Part shown: positions 29,204-37,700 of the stretch, piece after piece
Position numbering within the stretch: the stretch's first letter is position 1
Layout of the letters: every line of letters begins with the position of its first letter
IMG/VR virus record: IMGVR_UViG_3300006810_000035
Span: 7,929 to 71,928 of that record
Reading direction: 5' to 3' (one strand)
From: a virus
DNA: 64,000 nucleotides
Notes under the pieces: model-generated
Databases searched by the model: none
What the model saw: only the letters and a program-made list of their open reading frames with translations
What the model was told of the DNA's origin: nothing
Made by a program: the position numbers and the translations under genes

Positions 29204-32200
29204 TAATAGACATTGCTGATTTACAATTCACGTTATCTAGGATAACTAAAGAAGAAGATATGGTAATGGAAGTTATTAATAAGTATAGAAAAGATTTAGT
29301 TACCAGTGTATCTGAAAAAATAAAAGGTCTTTCAATTGATGAACAAAATACTAAGAAAGCATTGCAATCTCGTAGAATAGATTTGTATGACGCTATATTA
29401 ACTCATCCATCATCTTATTTAAGATTGATGTCTACAGTAGATTCTGATTGGTTAAAAGATCACATAAACATGACTCTACCTAAATCAGAATTAAAAGATT
29501 TAGAATTTTATACTGGTGAATTTCATATGAATGCTAGACGAGAAAACATATCTTCTAAATCAGGAGTTGGTCAAGTTGCTAACCACCAAGTAGATCATGC
29601 CATTAGTCAATGGGCTGAGATATACTTAAACCAAGAGAATAGATTGGGGATGGGAAATACCACTAAAGAAGGAATGGTGGATTTATCAGGTAAGACAGTT
29701 ACTGAGTTTGAGATTATAGCTGCATATGATAAAGATGGTAATAAAATTGAATCTAAAGATTTATCTAGTAGTAAGCCAGTTAAGTATAAAATAGAAAAAG
29801 TAATAAAAAATAAAGTTGTAATAACAGAAGTTACATCTGCATATATGAATGCATTTGTTGATGCTGCTAAGGATAACTATATTGGTAGAGCTAACTTTAA
29901 TAGATTAACTAATAATACTGCATTCTTATTAATAAGAGCAGGAATTAGTCCTCAGTTTGTAAATGCTTTCTTATCTCAACCTATTATAAAAGAGTATGTA
30001 AAAGAGACTATGATCAATGAAGGTCAAGCTACTCCAATTAGTTCAAAGAAACCTATTGACAAAGTATTAGATAAGTTTGGAGAAGGAGCAGTACCTAGTG
30101 AAGCATCTAAGTTATCAGATTTCAATACTTTAGATATGATGAATACAATTCTGAAGTATCAAAATTCAAAAGAAGATGTTGAATCATTAGATATGTCAGA
30201 AAGATTAGATCAGGTAGAAATATTAGAATTATTTATGCATATTGTAGAAACATCTAAGCATCTTAGAGATTCTATAATTTCTACTAAATCTGATACAGGA
30301 ATAGGTAAGTCTTTATTTGATGCATACATAATTACTACTACTAGAGATAATGTTAGAAATGTTAATCTTATAGGTAACTATAATAAAAAGTTTGAAAAAG
30401 ATGAGATGAAAACAATGGCTGGGACATTTTATAAAAATGGTCCTGCAGCAGCCAATGAGATAGTAGGTAAGCAAACACTTTTAGGAACTAGTGGTATGCA
30501 AAAATACTTACATAACACATATAGACAATTATGGGGAGAACTTCCTAGTGACTCTAGAAAACTACGTAAGCTATATAATATGGGGGTAGGAGCATTGATA
30601 TCTTATATTAGTGATTTTAGTATGACACAAGAAGAATCTGCAGCTTTTAATTCTGGTGTAAATTCAATTGCAAAAAGAATTGTAAAATTACAAAATAATG
30701 ATAAATATAAAGATAACTTTTTAGCTTCAATGTTAGTTACAGATATATCATATAATGGTGATATATCATATGTTGGTATAAATAACTTTAAACCTAGGAA
30801 TGCTTCAGTTAATAAACAAATTTCAAATGCTTGGCAAGAGCTATATGAAGATCCAGCAACTAAACAGTTAGCAACGGATCTTGCTAAATATGCATTCCAT
30901 TCTTCTGGAACAATGGATACTGGTTCAACACTGTATAGATTAATGCCTTATAGAATAGCTCAACAATTAGGGTTGAATACTGAAACTTATAATAAAATAA
31001 GAAATGTTTTAAATATTCATGACATATCTCAATCATTAATGAATCAAGTTCTTATAAATTCTTGGTATGATACAGAATTAGTACCTAAGATACCTAATAA
31101 AAATGCTTTACAAATAGGTAAATCTCCTGTAGGTATCATATTTAGAGTTAATGATGTTAGTAGCCCAGGTCTTAAAGTTGGAACAACAGAGAATAACCAA
31201 CCAGTATTTAAACCTTTTCTTAGAAGAACATTATCTAATAAATTAGCTACGGATAGAATTATATATGAAGATGCATTATTTAAATATGTTGGAAATATAA
31301 AAGATTCTGAAACAGGTCGTGAATCTGGGGTATATAAAAGAGTTCCTAGATTTGGAACTAAACAAGGGATATTTAAATTATTTGAATTTACATTTAAAGA
31401 TCCTAATAGAAACTCAGTTGTTAAATATAATAAATTAAAACCTTTTATATCTACTGCAGTTAATACAGAACTTGCTAAAATACAAGGTTCATTAATAGAC
31501 CCTCAACCAGTCTATATGAAATCTCAAAGAAATGTGATAAAAGAATATGGAGCATCAATAAAAGAAGATAAAGAAAATACAACTAATGGAATTGAAGAGG
31601 TAGCAGATGGTATTAAAATTATAAATAACTCTTTAACTAGTTCTGAGGAATTAGAGATTTTTCAAATGATTAAACCTCTTCTTGAAAGTCAGGGTTCTAG
31701 ATCAAACAAAGGAAAGAATGCTCCTATAATGATAGGTATGGGCCTAAGATGGGATTATAAAAGTAATAATCCAGGGAAATCTCCTATTGAAATAAAGGAA
31801 ACAATTGTAAATACACAAGGTCAAAGAAATAAATACGCTTATTATGATGTGTCTATTGATGGGGAACCTTTAGGAAAAATACCTACTAGACTTAAAGAAT
31901 TAATGACAAAAGCCACAGGTATTGATTCATCTAATTATGATGGAGCAATCATTAATATTTATCCAAAAGGCGGGTTTATATCTGCACATAATGATGTAGA
32001 TGAGTCTATAACTGCTATTAACTATCCTGTTATAGTAGCGAATATAGGAGGAGCTGGAAGTTTAAGTATTGAAGGAGCTGAAAGTCAAAAAGATAGAAGA
32101 GATTACTCTAATAAAGAATATGTAAATAAACCTTTATCATCAGGAAGCTCTTATATATTTGGTGAAGATGGTAAAAATAGAAGTGTATTTCATAGAACAC

Positions 32201-33021
32201 TTCCTTCATCAGGTAAAGGTAATTTACCTCAATTAAACATAAAAGGTCAAATTATACCTGCAAACTCTTATAGAATTTCTGTAACATTAAGAAGAGTAAA
32301 AGATTTAGAACAAGGTATGCCAGACTCTCCTGCTAAATCACAATTAATACAACAAACCACTAAAGATAAACTACCTTATTATGAAGGCATGATAACTTCT
32401 TTAGAAGATAATCAAGTATTTGTATTTGGTAGTAATCCAGAAGGAAGACATGGCAAAGGAGCTGCAAAAACTGCTATGAACTTTGGAGCTATATATGGAC
32501 AAGGTGAAGGTATGCAAGGACAAAGCTATGCATTACCTACTAAAGATTTAAGAGTAAAAGAAAATAATGGGTTACGTTCTATATCTTCTGAACAAATAAC
32601 TAATAGTATTTCTACTCTTTATAATATAGCTGAAGAAAATAATGAAAAAGAGTTTTTAGTTTCTGATTATTCAGGTAAAAACCTTAATGGATATACAGGG
32701 AAAGAAATGGCTGAGATGTTTGTAAATGCTGGAAAAATACCTGATAATATAATATTCAATAAAAATTTCTTACCTATGATAAATGAAGAAATTAAAAAGA
32801 AATGTCAAGGTAATGGGTCTGGTCCTAAAGCTAAAGATGGTGCTCAATTTGGATTTACTCCAGGTAGTAGATGGAAGATTATAAAAGATTTTAAAGGTAA
32901 ATCTCATGATCAAGGAGGTATTGATATAAATATTTCTAAGAATGGTATTAAAATGTCAGGAAAAAATGGTAACTTTGAAGCTAAGAAGGGATGTATTATT
33001 AATTCTAAAAGTTTAAAATAA
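29167..33021 (+). CDS. Virion RNA polymerase C-terminal part fused to AlkB-like dioxygenase and macro-like domains
   Basis: Frame is open from 29167 (first ATG 29260). K.GVG.VAN, NAFVDAAKD and F.SQPII motifs continue the RNAP. AlkB HND/H/RISVTLR at about 31600-32300; FVFGSN.EGRHG.GAA at about 32400-32780. Confidence 0.75.
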   Translation: MKKASKKEKESIIIDIADLQFTLSRITKEEDMVMEVINKYRKDLVTSVSEKIKGLSIDEQNTKKALQSRRIDLYDAILTHPSSYLRLMSTVDSDWLKDHINMTLPKSELKDLEFYTGEFHMNARRENISSKSGVGQVANHQVDHAISQWAEIYLNQENRLGMGNTTKEGMVDLSGKTVTEFEIIAAYDKDGNKIESKDLSSSKPVKYKIEKVIKNKVVITEVTSAYMNAFVDAAKDNYIGRANFNRLTNNTAFLLIRAGISPQFVNAFLSQPIIKEYVKETMINEGQATPISSKKPIDKVLDKFGEGAVPSEASKLSDFNTLDMMNTILKYQNSKEDVESLDMSERLDQVEILELFMHIVETSKHLRDSIISTKSDTGIGKSLFDAYIITTTRDNVRNVNLIGNYNKKFEKDEMKTMAGTFYKNGPAAANEIVGKQTLLGTSGMQKYLHNTYRQLWGELPSDSRKLRKLYNMGVGALISYISDFSMTQEESAAFNSGVNSIAKRIVKLQNNDKYKDNFLASMLVTDISYNGDISYVGINNFKPRNASVNKQISNAWQELYEDPATKQLATDLAKYAFHSSGTMDTGSTLYRLMPYRIAQQLGLNTETYNKIRNVLNIHDISQSLMNQVLINSWYDTELVPKIPNKNALQIGKSPVGIIFRVNDVSSPGLKVGTTENNQPVFKPFLRRTLSNKLATDRIIYEDALFKYVGNIKDSETGRESGVYKRVPRFGTKQGIFKLFEFTFKDPNRNSVVKYNKLKPFISTAVNTELAKIQGSLIDPQPVYMKSQRNVIKEYGASIKEDKENTTNGIEEVADGIKIINNSLTSSEELEIFQMIKPLLESQGSRSNKGKNAPIMIGMGLRWDYKSNNPGKSPIEIKETIVNTQGQRNKYAYYDVSIDGEPLGKIPTRLKELMTKATGIDSSNYDGAIINIYPKGGFISAHNDVDESITAINYPVIVANIGGAGSLSIEGAESQKDRRDYSNKEYVNKPLSSGSSYIFGEDGKNRSVFHRTLPSSGKGNLPQLNIKGQIIPANSYRISVTLRRVKDLEQGMPDSPAKSQLIQQTTKDKLPYYEGMITSLEDNQVFVFGSNPEGRHGKGAAKTAMNFGAIYGQGEGMQGQSYALPTKDLRVKENNGLRSISSEQITNSISTLYNIAEENNEKEFLVSDYSGKNLNGYTGKEMAEMFVNAGKIPDNIIFNKNFLPMINEEIKKKCQGNGSGPKAKDGAQFGFTPGSRWKIIKDFKGKSHDQGGIDINISKNGIKMSGKNGNFEAKKGCIINSKSLK

Positions 33022-34742
33022 TGAGTAAGAATATAGAAGTAGAAGGGGGAGAAATAGCTATCCAAAATGAATCTGGAGATATAGCTATTATCCCTATTAA
33101 AGATGTAGCTAGAGTAAAGAAAATGCTTAAAAACCCAGCTGAGTTAGATGAATATATAACTGGATTACCTAAAATGGCAGATTATGCTGAAGAAGGTACT
33201 GTTGTTAACAAAGATGAAAATAATAATACAGACTCTCCTTTATTAAATGATTTTATTATTGATGTAGACAATCCAAAAGTATTAGATAAGTATGCTGCAA
33301 AATATAAAAATATACATAAAACAAGTAATCCTAAAAGAGATGAACAGGGGAAAGTAATACCTGGTGAATATAGTATTCCTGGATGTGTAGCAGGAGCATT
33401 AAATTGCAATACTGATTTAGTAGCCTCTAAGTTAGGAAAGAGTCCTATAAGAAAAATGATAAATGATACAGGAGTTAGTCCTAAAGATTCTAAGTATTCT
33501 TTACCTTCTAAACCTTTACATTCTTTACCAAAGGACTTTGCACCTAATCAATCAATAGATGCTTGGGAAATGGCTGATTTTATGGAAGGAGAAAATATAG
33601 GAACTTCTTATTATGAAAAAGGTGAGGGTACTACTTATGATAAATATAAGACTAACCTACCTTCTGATTTAGATTATAAAAATATACCATTAGGTGCTGT
33701 AATACTACAAGGAGATGCAGAAGGGGAATATATCCCTGAAGGTGTTAAAGGAAAGGCACGGCATTTATCTACTGTTGTAGGGTTTGACAAAGATGGGGTT
33801 CCTTTAACTTATGATTACGGAAAAATTAGAAGGGTTACAAACTCAATGCATCCTATAACTAAAGTAATTACTCCAAAAGGATATGAAAACTATAGTTATT
33901 CTAAAATGACTGATACTTATAAGAAAAAGGCATCTTCATTAGGATATAAAGAAAATGTATCCAGAGAAAAATATTCCAATCCTTCTGTAAATACTATATA
34001 TAAAAGTTTAGATGAAGTAGCAACAAGAGTAGGTGTAGATAATAATATATCTAAAAATACAATGGAGCTATTAAAAGATAGGGTTGTAGGGATAGGAGTT
34101 CAAGAAAGCAATTTAGGTAATACAGGAGATGAGGATGTTAATGCTTTAAGAAAAGCTAAGATTGCTTTAGATAGCACAGCAATTGGAAACTCTATTTTTA
34201 AACCTCAAGCTAAAATAATAGAGTCTGTTAAAAGTTTTATAGGGAACTCTTCTAATATTAAACCTAGACAAGATTGGGAAATAGAAATTGTTGCTCATGA
34301 AAAGTCAAAAGGGGATAAAGAAAAATTTAAATCTTATTACAAACATCTTAGAGAGGCTATTCCATCACCTTCTAGTAAGTCTGTAAATTTAGAATCTTCT
34401 GTGGGTCCTTTTAGTATTAAAGACATGCCTGATTATGCTAAAAACAAATTTAATATAAATAAAGAAGATTTATATGGAATTAATAAAGGTATGCAAGAAG
34501 AGTTAAATGTAGGAGCAAAAGCTTCTTTATCCCATCTTGTAGAAAATTATAATAAACTAAAGAAGAAATATAAAAGCTCTAAATTAACAGATGAACAACT
34601 AGTAGATCTTGCTACTGTAGCATATAATAATAATAGTAAAGTAGACCATCCTTTATTTGTTAAGCATTATATAGAAAATTCAGATCTTAAAGATAACTAT
34701 CTTACTAAGGTAAAAAATTATTCAAAGAAATATAAAAAATAA
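33021..34742 (+). CDS. Putative virion peptidoglycan hydrolase (papain/CHAP-like plus lytic transglycosylase-like)
   Basis: GCVAG...DAWE...PLGAVI...RHLSTVVG (Cys/His peptidase-like); GVQESNLG...SSVGPFSIK...AYN (lysozyme-fold-like). Confidence 0.55.
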   Translation: MSKNIEVEGGEIAIQNESGDIAIIPIKDVARVKKMLKNPAELDEYITGLPKMADYAEEGTVVNKDENNNTDSPLLNDFIIDVDNPKVLDKYAAKYKNIHKTSNPKRDEQGKVIPGEYSIPGCVAGALNCNTDLVASKLGKSPIRKMINDTGVSPKDSKYSLPSKPLHSLPKDFAPNQSIDAWEMADFMEGENIGTSYYEKGEGTTYDKYKTNLPSDLDYKNIPLGAVILQGDAEGEYIPEGVKGKARHLSTVVGFDKDGVPLTYDYGKIRRVTNSMHPITKVITPKGYENYSYSKMTDTYKKKASSLGYKENVSREKYSNPSVNTIYKSLDEVATRVGVDNNISKNTMELLKDRVVGIGVQESNLGNTGDEDVNALRKAKIALDSTAIGNSIFKPQAKIIESVKSFIGNSSNIKPRQDWEIEIVAHEKSKGDKEKFKSYYKHLREAIPSPSSKSVNLESSVGPFSIKDMPDYAKNKFNINKEDLYGINKGMQEELNVGAKASLSHLVENYNKLKKKYKSSKLTDEQLVDLATVAYNNNSKVDHPLFVKHYIENSDLKDNYLTKVKNYSKKYKK

Positions 34743-34748
34743 ATATAT

Positions 34749-37700
34749 ATGGCACTAACTTGTCCAAACATTAATCTTCCTGAATGGAAACAACTAGAAG
34801 CTAATCATCCAGACTTAGCTTATTTCTATTGGGATAAATATGATGGTGAAATTCCATCTGATTTATTAAAAGAAACTCCTGATGTTTTAAATAAAAAACT
34901 TAAAGAAGGATTCCTAAAAGATTGGAATGTAGAGGTAGCAGACTATGATAGTATTAAAGATGCTTTAGGTCATGACAGCACTCAAATGATTGATCTTTTA
35001 TCTAAATTCATTGCTCTTGAAAAAGGAGAGTCTTTAGATAAATCTACAGCATTCTTTGCATTTAGAATGTTAGGTAAGCAAAACAATAAGGTTATTAGTG
35101 AGCTTAGATATAGGGTTAATGCATGGGATAAATATAAAGAAAAATTTGATTTTTATAAAAAAGAATTGTTTAATCAAACAGGATTTATAAAAAATAGAAA
35201 GGATTGGATTAATGCTGTTAGAGATAAAGTTATTGTAGATTATTTAGCTGAAACTATTGTAGAGTATGATAAAAATCCTATAGAATTTGAAAATGTCACT
35301 GATAGAAAATGGACTCAAGAAGATTTTACTTTCTTTGCTAAATTAGCTAGAGCTATTAGAAATTTCTTTCAGAAATTAGGAGTAATTCAGAATAGTAAAG
35401 AAGAGTCTCAAAAGATTGCTAAAAATATTGTTACTCAAATAGCTCATGAAGTATTAACACAAGAATATGATATACTTAACTATGAATTAGAAGAAGGACA
35501 AGTACAAAAATATTATGAAAATACTATAGCTTCTGATAAAAAAGCTAAAGAAATAGTAGAATATCATCAGGATAATGGTATGGTATTAACAGGAAGTTTA
35601 GCTTTAAGAAAAGCTGGAACTGTTTATAGAACTTTAGAAGAAAATTTACATGATTTAGACTTTGTAGTTCCTTTTGAAACTTCTGATGCTCCTGTTAATC
35701 AAGAAATATTAAGAGAAATTAAAAAGCGGCAAGGAGGTAACTTACAAGCATCAGGAAAAAAGACTTTAGAAATAATAGAAGATTTACATTGGTTTTCCAA
35801 TTTTAAATCACAATATCCTTCTTACCAATTATTACAAGGGTTCTATGGTTCAGAACACGGAAGTTACGAAAGCTTTACTGTAACAGGAGTAGTTGATGGT
35901 GAATTTTATGAAAGTAATGGTACTCATGAAGTAACTAATAATGACGGTACTACTACAAATATTAAACATGAAAAAGGAGATTGGATAGAAGGTACTGGAT
36001 ATATTGTTGATCACTTTGTTAGATTAGAACCTAACCAAGAAGAACATGAAAATTATTTTAAGTTATGGAAAGAAATAATGATTGCTAAACTTAAAATGAA
36101 TAGAGCAAAAGATTTAACTGATTTTAAAAACTTTGTTCCTTTTACTAAATCTAAAGATTCTTATAATTTTTATTATAAAGATTGGGTATTCCAAACTGGA
36201 AAGAATGATAAGGCTGCTGAAAAAGAGGAAGATGTGGTTTACTATCATAAACAACCTGAATTTGCTATAACTGAAGATGAATTTAAATTAAATCTTAGAC
36301 GGATTGTATACAGAGATGTAGTTAAATCTAAAGGTTGGGTATCAAAAAATAAAAAGATACAAGGTAAAAGGGCTATTAAGCACGTTTATAAGAATGCTTC
36401 TCTTTCAGCAATGAAAGATCCCGAAGCTAGAAGAAATGCTGTTATATATCATTATAACTCGTTATCTACTATGAATAAAAGATTTAATAATGGAGAACAA
36501 CCTTTTATTATAACAAAGCTTTCTTCAACATTTGTTACAAGTAATAATCAAAGAATAGAAATACCAAATTATACAGTTGAATTTAATGATGATTATTTAG
36601 ATGTAGAATGGGAAAAGGCTAAGTCATCACAAGTAAATTTACCTTTAAATGATAAGTCAGAAGCTCAGTTAAATATTGATTTCGGAAAAGATTTTAAACA
36701 AAAAGCTACTCCAATTGATACTGGGTTTGATACAGTAGAAGATCTTAATGATAAAATTAACATATTAAAAAAGTCATTACCAATGGCTGATGTATCATTT
36801 AATGGTGACTTATCTAAAAATGTATATGGTAGATTAATTACAAAGAAAGGTGAGAGTCCTGTAGTAGAAATTAATCCTAGATATAATAAAAGAGATACTG
36901 CAATTCACGAATTTGGACATTTATATATTGACCTATTAGGTGGTATGAATAATAACTTCATAAAAAGAGGTAGAAGACTATTGGAGGGTTCTGATGTTGA
37001 ATTTGAAGTTACTGCTGCTTATCCAGAATTAAGTGGAGAGATGTTAGATAAAGAAATTCTTACTACTGCTACAGGTAGAGAAGGAGCTGATTTATATGAT
37101 CTAAAAAAACAATCACCATTTAAAGCATGGATTAAAATATTTCTTAATAAAATAAAATTAGCTTTAAATCTTAGAGGTAATGTAGCTTTGGAATTAGCAC
37201 AACAAATGTTAAATAACAAGGTTAATAAATCACAACTAAATTCATCTTTAAATGATGTAATTCAAAACTCTAAAACTAATGGGTATGAAGAATATGCATC
37301 CAAAGAGGATAATTTAGTTTCTGATATGGCTATCAAAATATTAGATAGAATTAAAATTCTACAATCTAAATATAAGAAAACTAATAATGAAAAGTTTAAA
37401 AAGCAAATAGAAAAATTAGTTAAAATTTTAGATACTAATAGAGATGCTAAAGGTATTATTAGATATACAGAAGAAACTATAGCTAGATCTGCTTCTATTG
37501 TTTCTCGTATGAATAAAATTAGATTAGATGATGAATCTTCACCAATTGAAAAGGCAGAAGATATTAGACAATTAGGAATATATTTAAAATCATTTTCTTT
37601 AATACCAGATGTAAAAGAGTTATATCTAGAGATTAGAAAGAATCCTAGTACTCCTGAAGAAAAAGAGTTAGTTAGATTAATGGAAAATGCTGAAACTGAA

